Shown: positions 1-11,263, numbered from the stretch's first letter. The stretch: 64,000 nucleotides of DNA from an uncultured cyanobacterium (GCA_963749915.1 CAVVOP010000019.1:32001-96000); one strand, 5' to 3'. The notes: generated by a model from the letters alone, not told the origin. Numbers and translations: made by a program.

Positions 1-2766
1 ATTAGGAAATCCCCTAGATATTTGTGCTAATAACGCCCCTAAAATCGCTAAAGGCACGGCTAACATAATGATTAAAGGATCAACATAATTTTCATATTGA
101 GCGGCTAATACTAGGAATACAAATAATAATCCTAAGCCAAAAATGACGATCGCCAAATTCCCTGCACTAATTTCCTCTAATGAAATACCCGTCCATTCAT
201 AGCCAAATCCTGGGGGAAAAACTTGTTGTGCTAAATTCTCTACCGTTGTAATCGCTTCTCCTGAACTGAATCCGGGGGCGGTTGAGCCGTTGATTTCAAT
301 GGCACGGAATAGGTTATAGTGTTGTATTTTTTGTGCACCTGTAACAGAAGTAACGGTGACTAAATTTGATAAAGGTATCATCTCATTATTGCTTGACCGC
401 ACATATAATTTACTAATATCTTCAGGGTTTGAGCGAAATTGCTGATCAGCTTGTAAATAAACTCGATAGGTACGTTGTTGCATAGAAAAATCATTGACAT
501 ATTCACCCCCCAAGGCGGTTTGTAAAGTGCTGAAAATATCATCCAAATTCACCCCCAAAAGTTTTGTCCTTTCTCGGTTAACTTCAATGGATAATTGAGG
601 ACTATTAGCGGCAAATTGAGTGAAAACCCGTTGTAACCCCTCAGTTTGATTAGCCACCCCCAAAAATTGTCCCATGGTTGCCACCATGGACTCTAAATCG
701 ACATTGATACGTCGATCTTGTAATTGGAAGGTAAAACCCCCAAAAGTTCCTAATCCCTGAATGGCAGGGGGATTAATGGGGATAATTCTTGCTTCAGGAA
801 TCATGGCAAATTTACCAAATAACTTTCCTGTAATAGCTTGTACCGTTTGATCTGGATTACTTCGTTCCCGCCAAGGTTTAAGAGGGGTAAAAATAACCCC
901 CTGATTAGGAGTACTACCTCCAAAACTAAAGCCTCCAATGGCAAAAGTACCCAATACTTCGGGCATTTGCAGAATTTCTGTTTCTACTTTCTTCATCACC
1001 TCGCTAGTATATTGCAGAGATACCCCTTCTGGTGCTTGAATGATCGTAATAAAGTATCCTTGATCTTCTTCAGGTAAAAAAGCGGTGGGAGTTTTGACAT
1101 ATAACCACCCTGTAAAAGCGATCAAAACGATAAAGATACCAATTACAAACAGTTTAAAGTGAGTTAATAACCCTAAAGACTGATCATATTTTTGAGTTAC
1201 CCAATCAAGAAAACGATTAAAATTATTAAAAATTGTTGCTAACCATGCAGGAGGCCGTTGTCCTTTGCGTAAGAGGAAGCCACACAAAGAGGGAGTTAGG
1301 GTAAGGGCTAAAAAAGTCGAAATTAGGATCGAAAAGGCAATAGTTAAAGCAAATTGACGATATAATGCTCCTGTCGTACCTGGAAAGAAAGCAACGGGAA
1401 TAAATACCGCCATCAACACCAAAGAAGTGGCAATAACAGCCCCAAATAACTGTTTCATGGATTCACTAGAAGCCTCATGCGCCTCCATGTTTTTATCTTC
1501 AATGTAGCGGTGAATTTGTTCTACTACCACGATGGCATCATCCACCACTAAGCCAGTAGCAAGGGTTAAACCGAATAAGGTTAAGGTATTGATGGAAAAA
1601 CCAAAGGCTTTGACAAAGGCAAAAGTACCGATCAAAGATAAGGGAATGGTTAAAGAGGGGATTAAAGTCGTACGCCAATCTTGAAGAAAAACGAGGATAA
1701 TTAACACCACCAAAGTAATAGAAATTAAAAGAGTTATTACTACCTCTTTCATAGATTCTTCAATAAATGCTGTGGTATCAAAGGCCAATTTTGCCTCAAT
1801 GCCTGTGGGAAATTCTTGAGATAACGTTGCCATTTCTGCCTTAATCTTTTTGGCTACCTGTAAAGCATTAGAACCGGGTAACTGATAGATACCAATGCCT
1901 ACCGCATCTAACCCTCGGAAACGTAAGAAGGCTCCGTAATCCTGTGAACCAAGTTCCACCCTACCGACATCTTTAAAGCGAACTATACCACTATTTTCAT
2001 CGCTTTTGAGGATGATATTTTCAAATTGTTCGGGATAGATAAGTTGACTAACAGCTTTTAAATCCAATTGGTACTCTTGTCCTTGGGGTGCGGGTTCGGC
2101 CCCTATTTTCCCCACCCCTACTTGAATATTTTGTTCCGATAACGCCCTAGTCACATCGGTAGTGGTTAATCCTCGACTTGCCAAACGATTAGGATCAAGC
2201 CATAAGCGCATAGCATAACGTCTTTCACCAAAGATCCTAACATTCCCTACCCCTTCAATTCTTTTTATGGCATCAATGATGTAGCGATCGGCAAAATTAC
2301 TCAGGAAGGTATTATCATACTCTTTATTTTCGCTAAATAAACCAAACCCCATTAAAATATTATTAGATTGCTTACTTACTGTAATCCCTGTTCTTTGGAC
2401 TGCATCAGGTAACTGGGATTCCACGGTGGAAACTTGATTTTGCACGTCTACGGCGGCTAAATCTTTATTACGATTTGCTTCAAAAGTAGCTATAATACTA
2501 CTGGTGCCATCATTACTGCTAGTAGAGGAGATATATTTTAAGCCTTCTACTCCGTTAATTTGCCTTTCCAGGATATTGGTGACAGTATTTTCTACCACTT
2601 CAGCGTCTGCACCTTCATAACGAGCGGTGATTTGAATTTGAGTTGGGCTAATATCAGGAAAGCGATCAACTGGTAAAGTAACAATACTAATGATACCGAC
2701 CAAGAGGATAATCAGGGCACAAACAGTAGAGAAAACAGGACGTTTAATAAAGAAATCTACAAACAT
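1..2766 (-). CDS. RND efflux transporter permease subunit (AcrB/AcrD/AcrF family), runs off the left edge of the window
   Basis: Not in the ORF track because it is open-ended. Manual reverse-strand translation from the ATG at 2766 gives MFVDFFIKRPVFSTVCALIILLVGIISIVTLPVDRFPDISPTQIQITARYEGADAEVVENTVT... and later GLVVDDAIVVVE, both AcrB-family signatures. Confidence 0.95.
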   Translation of the reverse strand, partial: MFVDFFIKRPVFSTVCALIILLVGIISIVTLPVDRFPDISPTQIQITARYEGADAEVVENTVTNILERQINGVEGLKYISSTSSNDGTSSIIATFEANRNKDLAAVDVQNQVSTVESQLPDAVQRTGITVSKQSNNILMGFGLFSENKEYDNTFLSNFADRYIIDAIKRIEGVGNVRIFGERRYAMRLWLDPNRLASRGLTTTDVTRALSEQNIQVGVGKIGAEPAPQGQEYQLDLKAVSQLIYPEQFENIILKSDENSGIVRFKDVGRVELGSQDYGAFLRFRGLDAVGIGIYQLPGSNALQVAKKIKAEMATLSQEFPTGIEAKLAFDTTAFIEESMKEVVITLLISITLVVLIILVFLQDWRTTLIPSLTIPLSLIGTFAFVKAFGFSINTLTLFGLTLATGLVVDDAIVVVEQIHRYIEDKNMEAHEASSESMKQLFGAVIATSLVLMAVFIPVAFFPGTTGALYRQFALTIAFSILISTFLALTLTPSLCGFLLRKGQRPPAWLATIFNNFNRFLDWVTQKYDQSLGLLTHFKLFVIGIFIVLIAFTGWLYVKTPTAFLPEEDQGYFITIIQAPEGVSLQYTSEVMKKVETEILQMPEVLGTFAIGGFSFGGSTPNQGVIFTPLKPWRERSNPDQTVQAITGKLFGKFAMIPEARIIPINPPAIQGLGTFGGFTFQLQDRRINVDLESMVATMGQFLGVANQTEGLQRVFTQFAANSPQLSIEVNRERTKLLGVNLDDIFSTLQTALGGEYVNDFSMQQRTYRVYLQADQQFRSNPEDISKLYVRSSNNEMIPLSNLVTVTSVTGAQKIQHYNLFRAIEINGSTAPGFSSGEAITTVENLAQQVFPPGFGYEWTGISLEEISAGNLAIVIFGLGLLFVFLVLAAQYENYVDPLIIMLAVPLAILGALLAQISRGFPN

Positions 2767-2912
2767 GATATTTAGGAAATGTGTTTCTCAGGGGCTTATT
2801 ACTTATTACTTATTACTTCGTCCTAACGACAACGTTTTCGGCACGCTTGCGAGCAGTATTGAGAGTTGTTCCCTCTAACATTAGTGTTAGGGAAGAATTG
2901 ATATCATGTTTA

Positions 2913-4469
2913 TTAATTAGATGGAAGTGGCATAATGGGGGTTTCATCCCTTAAATTCATTACCCCTGCGGTTACGATGCGATCGCCCACATTTAGACCA
3001 TTCAGAACTTGATAGTCATTACCTTGCAGACCACCCAGGGTTACTAATTTTTGTTTAGCTATAAATTGCGGTTTATCAGGGGTAGAATTTTCCATTGCTT
3101 CAGCAACAAAAATAAAGGTTTTATCTCCCAAACGAGACACCGCCGTAGCCGGCACGAGGATACCTTGACGCTCATCCCAGATAACCTTTGCTGGTACTGA
3201 ACCTTGATTAAGTAGCTTTCCTGCACTGTTTTCAAGGGTTGCTTTGGCTAAAACTAATTGAGTATTTGCTGTCACATTAGGAGATATAAAACTAATTTTG
3301 CCAGATGTTACAGTTTTCCCTTGACTATCTGAAATGACTACAGGTAAACCCAAACGTAATTTTCCGGCCTGTTCTAAAGGAATGGACAAATTAACCTCTA
3401 AAATATTATTTTCCGTGAGGGTGGTTAACTCGTTTTCAGAGTCTGGTCCGGAGTCCAGGTAATCTCCTAATTTAACGGGTATATCCCCAATAATTCCCGT
3501 GAAAGGAGCGATAATTTTCGTTTTTTTCATTCTGACGTCGATGGAGTTTATTCTTGCCTTTGCCTGGGATACATCTGCTTGAGCCTGGGCAATTTCTTCA
3601 ATTCTTGGCCCATTTTCTAGGCGTTTCAAGTTTGCTTTTGCTCGTTCCACTTCTGCTTGTAGTTCATCAAGACCTGATTTTCTTCCTTTCCTTAAACCAG
3701 ATAAACGACGTTGTGCTTCCTTTAAAGATGACATGGCTTGAAGTTGAGTTTTCAGCCTTTCGTCAAGTTGATCTTTAGAAATAGCCCCTTCCTCTTGTAA
3801 GTTACTATACCTTTTCAATCTTTCATCCGCTAGGTCTAACTCCGCTTGGGCTGACTCTACTTGGGCTTGAGCTTGAGCAATTTCTTCTGGGAGTGCACCT
3901 TCTTTCGCATTATTTAACCTTGCGATCGCCTGATTTAATTCAGCTCGAGCTTGATCGATATCTTCAATACGACTTCCTGTTTTTAATTGTGCTAATCGGG
4001 CTTGAGCATTTTCTAATTGAGCCTGAGCTTGATTTAATTCTGCTTGTAATTCATCACTTTCAACCGTTAAAATTACTTGTCCTGCTTGAACCGTTGCGCC
4101 CTCTTCCACTAAAATCTGGTTAATCCTTCCATCCGCTTCCGACTTAATTTTAACAGCCTTAGGAGCCTCTAAAGTGCCTACTACAGTGGTGCTATTTTCT
4201 AATGATTTACTGGTTAAAGTTTCCAACTTCACAGGTATAGCCTGAGGTTGTCCACCCATTGCGGCAGCAGGGGCCTTATTTTCTTTATTATTACTAGCTA
4301 ACCATAATTTTCCCCCTCCGCTAGCTATTAAAGCTATAAAAATAACATTTACAATTATCCACCAACGAGAAAAAGATTTTTTCTTGCTTACTTGTTTAGA
4401 GGACAAAATCTGTAGTTCTTCTTCAATATTTGATTCTTCACAAGGGGGAGGAGAGTTAGGATTGACCAT
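2913..4469 (-). CDS. RND efflux periplasmic adaptor (membrane fusion protein); likely start ATG 4469, track start 4523
   Basis: N-terminal TM helix, lipoyl-like GRINQILVEEG and IIAPFTGIIG motifs, long coiled coil; lies directly upstream of the AcrB-like gene. Confidence 0.92.
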   Translation of the reverse strand: MVNPNSPPPCEESNIEEELQILSSKQVSKKKSFSRWWIIVNVIFIALIASGGGKLWLASNNKENKAPAAAMGGQPQAIPVKLETLTSKSLENSTTVVGTLEAPKAVKIKSEADGRINQILVEEGATVQAGQVILTVESDELQAELNQAQAQLENAQARLAQLKTGSRIEDIDQARAELNQAIARLNNAKEGALPEEIAQAQAQVESAQAELDLADERLKRYSNLQEEGAISKDQLDERLKTQLQAMSSLKEAQRRLSGLRKGRKSGLDELQAEVERAKANLKRLENGPRIEEIAQAQADVSQAKARINSIDVRMKKTKIIAPFTGIIGDIPVKLGDYLDSGPDSENELTTLTENNILEVNLSIPLEQAGKLRLGLPVVISDSQGKTVTSGKISFISPNVTANTQLVLAKATLENSAGKLLNQGSVPAKVIWDERQGILVPATAVSRLGDKTFIFVAEAMENSTPDKPQFIAKQKLVTLGGLQGNDYQVLNGLNVGDRIVTAGVMNLRDETPIMPLPSN

Positions 4470-4541
4470 ATTAGTTACAGAAAGATTAAGTTTTATGTCA
4501 AAGTTTGAATCATAGACTAGCATTTTATCATATCATTATAA

Positions 4542-4558
4542 TATATCAAATTGATATA
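4542..4558. promoter_or_regulatory. Palindrome TATATCAA-A-TTGATATA, candidate PadR operator in the divergent promoter
   Basis: Perfect 8-bp inverted repeat between the adaptor and padR start codons. Confidence 0.55.
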
Positions 4559-4574
4559 AAATTTGAAAAGTCTC

Positions 4575-5126
4575 ATGTTAGAGTTAGCGACGTTAGGATT
4601 ATTACAAAAAGAATCACTGCATGGCTACCGCCTTAAACAACAAATGGAGTTATTTATGAGCGGGTGTATCAGCGTCAATTACGGTGCTATTTATCCCTTA
4701 CTGAAACGGTTGGAAGAAAGAGGATTGATTCAGGTATTTACCGAACAGGAGGACAATAATAATCCTCGTAAGATGTATCGTATAACTCCCGAAGGAAGGG
4801 AAAAATGGCGAGAGAAAATGTTAGAACATCCCCAAGAAAGTTGGATTAATTCTCGTTCTCGTTTTATGATTAAGTATTTCTTTTTTAGTTATTTAGAACC
4901 CCAAGAAAGATTGAAATTATTAGAACATCGTTTCATGACCTGTAAGTTGTATTTAGAAAAAAAAGAATTAGATTTTGATTTTGTTTATCATGATCCCTAT
5001 CAGTTAGAGGCTTGGAACAGATGTAAATGGGCGATCATTAATGAAATTGATTGGTTAGAGATTCAAATCGCAAATGTAACGAAAACATTGTTCTTGGGCA
5101 AAACCTTCTCAGAATCAACATTTTAG
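4575..5126 (+). CDS. PadR-family transcriptional regulator
   Basis: LHGYRLKQ...VNYGAIYPLLKRLEERGLI...RKMYRITPEGRE winged-helix motif; divergent from the efflux operon. Confidence 0.92.
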   Translation: MLELATLGLLQKESLHGYRLKQQMELFMSGCISVNYGAIYPLLKRLEERGLIQVFTEQEDNNNPRKMYRITPEGREKWREKMLEHPQESWINSRSRFMIKYFFFSYLEPQERLKLLEHRFMTCKLYLEKKELDFDFVYHDPYQLEAWNRCKWAIINEIDWLEIQIANVTKTLFLGKTFSESTF

Positions 5127-5321
5127 AATTTAACCTGATACCTAACACCTAATACCTTTTTCAGCTAATAATTTATCACACTCAGTCTAGAAGAGCCAAA
5201 AATTTTTTGGATTCTTTGTGACTGAATTTTGTATTTTAAGTGGTTTTAAACTATAATTATCAAGTATTTAGACAAAATCGAGAAGATTTATTGTCTTTTA
5301 TCAATATAACCACTTAACACT

Positions 5322-6098
5322 ATGACTGGAAAAGTAATAGATAGTGGTGCTAACAGTATCCTTTTAGTGTTACTACCCCTAGCATTAATAACAATGGTAG
5401 TATTTGTATTTTGGCCTTTTATTGTGGGAATTTTCTTCTTCGCATTAGGCTATAAAATATGGCAAAGATACCGTTTGAAACAACTATCTGAACAAATCGA
5501 TCCTTTTTTTAATCAGTTAATCCAAGCACATCAGGGTTGCTTAACAGTACTAGACCTTACCACCAAAACCAACCTTGGTGCGAAGACTGCCCGTTGGTAT
5601 TTAGAACAAAAAACCCTAGAATACGGTGCCGTAAAACGATTATATGAAGATAAAGGGATTGTTTATTATTTCTTGACTGCTAATGCATTAGGTAGTATTT
5701 TTGATGATAGTGAGCCAGATGATGATACTGACTTAGCACCTGAAACTGATTTAAACGCTTCATTTTCTAAGCCGACAACAGTTGTTGAATCTCCATCCCC
5801 AGAAGTTCAATCTGTAACTGATACCCTAGTAATTCCTCCTCAACCAGGACAATCTGTTTCTTCCGACTCTCTCCCCCCTCCCAAAAGAGAAGAACCTGAA
5901 GACTCCCCCCCTACAGTACAAACTTTTGAGAATGCTGTAACTCAGAGTGAATTAGCTAAACGTTTGGATGTTACTTCTCAGACGGTGGGAAGACGAAAAT
6001 TAGAAGCCGATTTTTCCTTGTGGAGTCAAAGTAAAGATCCCGAAGGAGTATCATGGAAATATATTGAGGAGATTAAATTATTTATCCCTGATTCTTAA
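5322..6098 (+). CDS. Hypothetical membrane protein with C-terminal HTH-like segment
   Basis: 258-aa ORF with N-terminal hydrophobic segment, Pro/acidic linker and TQSELAKRLDVTSQTVGRRK. Confidence 0.75.
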   Translation: MTGKVIDSGANSILLVLLPLALITMVVFVFWPFIVGIFFFALGYKIWQRYRLKQLSEQIDPFFNQLIQAHQGCLTVLDLTTKTNLGAKTARWYLEQKTLEYGAVKRLYEDKGIVYYFLTANALGSIFDDSEPDDDTDLAPETDLNASFSKPTTVVESPSPEVQSVTDTLVIPPQPGQSVSSDSLPPPKREEPEDSPPTVQTFENAVTQSELAKRLDVTSQTVGRRKLEADFSLWSQSKDPEGVSWKYIEEIKLFIPDS

Positions 6099-6160
6099 AA
6101 ACCTCCCTCAATACCTATTTTTTCAAGTTTAGCTTAAACTACGATGGTAGAAATACAACA

Positions 6161-6186
6161 GTCCTCTTAAAGGGGGACTTTTTTTT
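6161..6186 (+). terminator. Intrinsic terminator
   Basis: GTCCTCTT-AA-AGGGGGAC hairpin followed by a T run, downstream of 5322..6098. Confidence 0.6.
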
Positions 6187-6298
6187 CTAGAGAAGCGGTC
6201 CCGTCCCAATACTGCTCGGAAGCATGCCGAAAAGGAAGGTTAGTGTGAGGGAAATTCAAAAACAAGCTTTACAAGGATTAGCAGTAGCGGAATTGGGA

Positions 6299-6472
6299 TT
6301 AAATCAAATCTACCTGATAAATAATTACTGCTAAAAGTGCTGAAAAAAGTGTAATTCCTGTCGCAACTAAGGGATTTTGCCCTTGACTTACTGCAAAAGA
6401 GGTAATAATTCCGGCACCGATAGCGGCGGTTAAACCGGCACTAACTAAATCTTTTTCTTGGTTGTTATTCAT
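6299..6472 (-). CDS. Small two-TM membrane protein (track start 6490)
   Basis: ORF with two hydrophobic helices (AGLTAAIGAGIITSFAV; LVATGITLFSALLAVIIY). Confidence 0.65.
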   Translation of the reverse strand: MNNNQEKDLVSAGLTAAIGAGIITSFAVSQGQNPLVATGITLFSALLAVIIYQVDLI

Positions 6473-6616
6473 TATTTTGACAATGGCCACAATTTTTTTT
6501 CAATTAAAATTAAAGGTAACATTTTCTTTTAATGTGAATAACTTTTTTTAAAAAAGATTAATATTTTGCTATATTTCTTAACAGTGAAAAGCTCATGACT
6601 ATTTACTAATTGTTCT

Positions 6617-7507
6617 ATGTTATTACCATTACCATTACAAAAAGGGGATTCTTTATTGGCGATCGCTCCCAGTGGGACAGTTAGAGACAAAGAAAGAGAA
6701 AAATTGGGGCAAGGAGTAGAAATTTGGCGAAAAAATGGTTATAAAGTGATTTTAGAGCAAAAATATGCAGATCAAGACGGTTATTTAGCGGGAAAAGACG
6801 AAATTCGCCGTCAAGCCTTAAAAGAAGCATGGACAAATCCAGAATATAAAGGGATTATTTGTGTTAGAGGGGGATATGGTAGTGCCAGATTATTGGAAAA
6901 TTGGCAATGGGATGCAATTTCTCAGCCGAAATGGCTAATCGGTTTTTCTGATGTGACTAGCCTTCTATGGAGTTTGTATAATCAAGGGATTATAAGTGTT
7001 CATGGTGCGGTTTTAACTACTATAGCCCAAGAGCCAAACTGGTCATTAAAACGCTTATTTGACTATATTGAGGGAAAATCGTTACTCTCCCTACAAGGGC
7101 AAGGTTGGGGCGGTGGTAAAGCTCGGGGAATACTTTTACCTGCTAATTTAACGGTGGCAACTCATCTTTTAGGAACAAGTATCTGTCCTAATTTTGATAA
7201 TGTGATTTTAGCTTTGGAAGATGTCCAAGAAGCACCCTACCGTCTTGATAGGATGTTGACTCAGTGGCGTTTAATGGGCATTTTTCAACAAGTGAAGGGT
7301 ATTATTTTAGGTCGGTTTAGCGGTTGTAATCCTGCCGATGGTATTCCCAGTTGGAATGCTTATGAAGTACTTTGCGATCGCCTAGGTAACCTTAACATCC
7401 CAATTATAAGTGATTTACCCTTTGGCCATGACGGCGTTAATGCTTGTTTACCAGTCGGTGCGTGGGTAGAAATTGACGGCGATGAAGGGGTGATAAAATT
7501 TTGGTGA
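6617..7507 (+). CDS. ldcA: LD-carboxypeptidase (peptidase S66)
   Basis: RGGYGS, GFSDVT (catalytic Ser), LEDV and FGH motifs. Confidence 0.9.
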   Translation: MLLPLPLQKGDSLLAIAPSGTVRDKEREKLGQGVEIWRKNGYKVILEQKYADQDGYLAGKDEIRRQALKEAWTNPEYKGIICVRGGYGSARLLENWQWDAISQPKWLIGFSDVTSLLWSLYNQGIISVHGAVLTTIAQEPNWSLKRLFDYIEGKSLLSLQGQGWGGGKARGILLPANLTVATHLLGTSICPNFDNVILALEDVQEAPYRLDRMLTQWRLMGIFQQVKGIILGRFSGCNPADGIPSWNAYEVLCDRLGNLNIPIISDLPFGHDGVNACLPVGAWVEIDGDEGVIKFW

Positions 7508-7569
7508 TTGAGAGTAAGCACATTCCAAAACCGACTTCTAAATCTTTAACTTTATCCACTTTATACAAT

Positions 7570-10500
7570 ATGGTCAAAAAACAAGAAAAATGGCAATTTT
7601 GGGTTGATAGAGGCGGCACTTTTACCGATATTGTCGCTTTAAATCCCGATAAACAAATTATCACCCATAAACTATTATCGGAAAATCCTGAACACTATCA
7701 ATCTGCACCCATTGAAGGTATTAGAAGAATTATGGGTGTCGCAGAAGGGAAACCGCTTCCCACTGAGGATATCAAAGTAATAAAAATAGGGACGACTGTC
7801 GCTACAAATGCCCTCTTGGAAAGAAAAGGAGAAGAGGTTGTTTTAGTAATTAATAAAGGTTTTCGGGATGCCTTACGCATCGGTTATCAAAATCGCCCAG
7901 ATATTTTCGCCCGTCATATCATCTTACCAGAAATGTTATATCGGGAAGTTGTGGAAGTTTCAGGACGTTTTTCGGCAACAGGGGAGGAATTACAACCTGT
8001 TAACCCCCAAAAGCTTGAGAAAGATTTACAAAAAATATTTGCTCGAGGTATCCGTAGTTGTGCTATTGTCTTATTACATGGTTATCGTTACCATGATCAT
8101 GAGTTGCAAATTCAAGCCATCGCCGCCAAAATCGGTTTTACTCAGATTTCCGTGTCTCATCAAGTCAGCAACCTCATTAAGCTAGTGAGTCGAGGAGATA
8201 CCACCGTCGTTGATGCTTATCTATCTCCTGTTTTAAAGGCTTATCTTTCTGAGGTGGAAGACAATTTGCAGACCACCCCAAATCAACCTTTACCGCAATT
8301 AATGTTCATGCAGTCTAATGGCGGGTTGGTGGATGGTAAATACTTTCAAGGCAAGGATAGTATATTATCAGGTCCGGCGGGGGGAATTGTTGGTGCCGTC
8401 AAAACTTGTCAGAAGGCTGGATTTCAGAAAATAATCACCTTTGATATGGGGGGTACTTCCACCGATGTCGCTCACTATGCAGGAGAATTTGAACGAAATT
8501 TTGAGACAGAAATAGCAGGAGTAAGATTAAGAAGTCCCATGATGGCTATTCACACCGTAGCGGCAGGAGGAGGTTCAATTTGCCACTTTGACGGTAATCG
8601 TTACCGAGTTGGTCCTGAATCGGCTGGTGCTAATCCGGGTCCTGCGTGTTATGGCAAAGGAGGAGATCTAACCATCACCGATAGTAATGTGTTGTTAGGT
8701 AAAATTCAGCCTGATTTTTTTCCCCAAGTATTTGGTAAAAATGCCGATCAACCTTTAGATTTAAATATAGTAAAAGATAAATTTACTCAGCTTCAGCAAC
8801 AGTTAAAAACAGAGATCAAAATAGAAGAAATTGCTCAAGGATTTTTAACTATCGCCGTAGAAAAAATGACTAATGCTATCAAAAAAATCTCCTTACAAAA
8901 AGGCTATAATGTCAGTGAGTATATCTTGTGTTGTTTTGGTGCGGCGGGAGGACAACATGCTTGTTTAATTGCCGAAAAATTAGGGATGGAAACTATTGTT
9001 ATTCATCCCCTAGCTGGAGTTTTATCGGCTTATGGAATCGGTTTAGCTGAGATGAGAGTTATTAAAGAAAAAACCCTTAATTTACTTTTATCAGAAGGCT
9101 CAATGGACATTGTTAAAATAGAATATTCTTATTTAGAAAATCGAGCAAAACAAGAATTAAGGCAACAAATAAAAATAGATAATAGCATTATCGAAATTAA
9201 ACCTAAAATATACTTAAAATATCAAGGCACAGACTCAAGTTTAGAGATAAATTTTAGTAACTATCAAGAGATGATAGGAGAATTTAACTGCCGTCATCAA
9301 CAACAATATGGCTTTATACTTCCCGAAAAAGCCCTAATCATCGAGCAAATTTCCTTAGAATTAATCTCTCCTACTTATCAAGAAAAAGAACCCTCTATTA
9401 CAAATAAAATTGAGGAAGGTTCACCCCCTGTTACCACTGTTAAAATGTACACTAAAAATAGATGGTATGATACCCCTGTTTATCAACGAGACAAAATAGC
9501 TACCCATCAAAAAATTACCGCCCCTGCTTTAATAATGGAATCTACAGGCACAAATGTAATTGAGATCGGTTGGCAAGGGGAAATTACTGAAAGGGGAGAT
9601 TTAATCATAACTAAAATTAATAACCAATCTCCTCAACTAATAGCAGGATATAATCAAAATCAAAATCAACCCCATCCAATTCTACTGGAAATTTTTAACA
9701 ATCTTTTCCGTTTCATTGCGGAGGAAATGGGCATCTCCTTACAAAATACTAGCTATTCTGTCAACATTAAAGAGAGGCTCGATTTTTCCTGTGCAATTTT
9801 CGATCATAACGGTGAATTGGTCGCCAATGCCCCTCATATCCCTGTTCATTTAGGCTCAATGAGTGAAAGTATAAAAGCTTTAATTAATGACGGTAAAATT
9901 AACCTACAAAAAGGGGATGTTTACTTAACTAATAATCCCTATAATGGCGGTACTCATTTACCAGATATTACGGCTATTACTCCCATTTTTACTAACTCCA
10001 ATAATCAACCGGATTTTTATGTGGCTTCTCGTGGTCATCATGCTGATATTGGCGGACTCACTCCGGGTTCAATGCCTCCCAATAGTAAAAATATTGGGGA
10101 AGAGGGTATTTTAATCGATAATTTTTGTGTCGTTAAAGAAGGTAAATTACAGGAAAATCAACTCCATAACTTACTGAATAATTCTCCTTACCCCGTGAGG
10201 AATTATGAGCAAAATTTAGGAGATTTAAAAGCCCAAGTTGCCGCCAATAAAAAAGGAGTCCAAGAATTAATCAACTTGGTGAACACTTATAACTTAACCA
10301 CTGTCAAAAATTATATGCAGTTTGTCCAAGAAAATGCGGAAAGTTGTGTAAAAAAAGCCATTCAATCTTTACAAAATGGTGAATTTATTACTGAACTAGA
10401 TAATGGTGCAAGAATTCAAGTAAAAATTACCATTAATCAGGACAATTCCACTGCCTTGATCGATTTTACAGGTACATCTCCCCAACTAGATAACAATTTT

Positions 10501-11229
10501 AACGCCCCTCTTGCCGTCACCAAAGCTGCCGTTTTATATGTTTTTCGCACCCTTGTTGACGATGACATTCCCTTGAATGCTGGTTGTCTTCAACCTCTGA
10601 ATATCATTATCCCCCAAGGCTGTATGCTTAACCCCCAATATCCTGCACCTGTGGTAGCGGGTAATGTGGAAACTTCCCAAAATATCACTGATTGTCTTTA
10701 TGGTGCTTTAGGTATTATGGCTAACTCTCAAGGTACTATGAATAATTTTACCTTCGGTAACGCTAAATATCAATATTATGAGACAATTTGCGGTGGTTCG
10801 GGGGCAGGTTACAATTATCATGGCACAGACGCCATACAGACGAATATGACCAACTCTCGTTTAACCGATCCAGAAGTACTAGAAGACCGTTTTCCTGTGC
10901 GAATAGAACATTTTGGAATCCGAAGCCACAGCGGAGGAGACGGAAAATTTAAGGGTGGAAATGGGGTGATTCGGGCGATCCGTTTTTTAGAACCGATGAC
11001 GGCGGGAATTTTATCTAGTAAAAGAGTTGTTTCTCCTCTAGGATTAAAAGGGGGAAAAGACGGAAAAAAAGGCAAAAATTATCTTATCAAAAAAGATGGT
11101 TCAAAATTAAATTTATCGGGGAATGCTACAGTTAAAGTCGATGTTGATGATTTGTTTGTCATTAAAACTCCAGGGGGGGGAGGATTTTTTTCTCCTATCA
11201 CTTCTCATCTACCTGAATTAAAGTTCTAG
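7570..11229 (+). CDS. 5-oxoprolinase / hydantoinase A+B fusion; likely start ATG 7570
   Basis: WVDRGGTFTD, GTTVATNALLER, DMGGTSTD, NIKERLDFSCA and TPGGGG motifs. Confidence 0.95.
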   Translation: MVKKQEKWQFWVDRGGTFTDIVALNPDKQIITHKLLSENPEHYQSAPIEGIRRIMGVAEGKPLPTEDIKVIKIGTTVATNALLERKGEEVVLVINKGFRDALRIGYQNRPDIFARHIILPEMLYREVVEVSGRFSATGEELQPVNPQKLEKDLQKIFARGIRSCAIVLLHGYRYHDHELQIQAIAAKIGFTQISVSHQVSNLIKLVSRGDTTVVDAYLSPVLKAYLSEVEDNLQTTPNQPLPQLMFMQSNGGLVDGKYFQGKDSILSGPAGGIVGAVKTCQKAGFQKIITFDMGGTSTDVAHYAGEFERNFETEIAGVRLRSPMMAIHTVAAGGGSICHFDGNRYRVGPESAGANPGPACYGKGGDLTITDSNVLLGKIQPDFFPQVFGKNADQPLDLNIVKDKFTQLQQQLKTEIKIEEIAQGFLTIAVEKMTNAIKKISLQKGYNVSEYILCCFGAAGGQHACLIAEKLGMETIVIHPLAGVLSAYGIGLAEMRVIKEKTLNLLLSEGSMDIVKIEYSYLENRAKQELRQQIKIDNSIIEIKPKIYLKYQGTDSSLEINFSNYQEMIGEFNCRHQQQYGFILPEKALIIEQISLELISPTYQEKEPSITNKIEEGSPPVTTVKMYTKNRWYDTPVYQRDKIATHQKITAPALIMESTGTNVIEIGWQGEITERGDLIITKINNQSPQLIAGYNQNQNQPHPILLEIFNNLFRFIAEEMGISLQNTSYSVNIKERLDFSCAIFDHNGELVANAPHIPVHLGSMSESIKALINDGKINLQKGDVYLTNNPYNGGTHLPDITAITPIFTNSNNQPDFYVASRGHHADIGGLTPGSMPPNSKNIGEEGILIDNFCVVKEGKLQENQLHNLLNNSPYPVRNYEQNLGDLKAQVAANKKGVQELINLVNTYNLTTVKNYMQFVQENAESCVKKAIQSLQNGEFITELDNGARIQVKITINQDNSTALIDFTGTSPQLDNNFNAPLAVTKAAVLYVFRTLVDDDIPLNAGCLQPLNIIIPQGCMLNPQYPAPVVAGNVETSQNITDCLYGALGIMANSQGTMNNFTFGNAKYQYYETICGGSGAGYNYHGTDAIQTNMTNSRLTDPEVLEDRFPVRIEHFGIRSHSGGDGKFKGGNGVIRAIRFLEPMTAGILSSKRVVSPLGLKGGKDGKKGKNYLIKKDGSKLNLSGNATVKVDVDDLFVIKTPGGGGFFSPITSHLPELKF

Positions 11230-11263
11230 CAAAAATTGATAATAATTTTTAATTACCCTAGGA

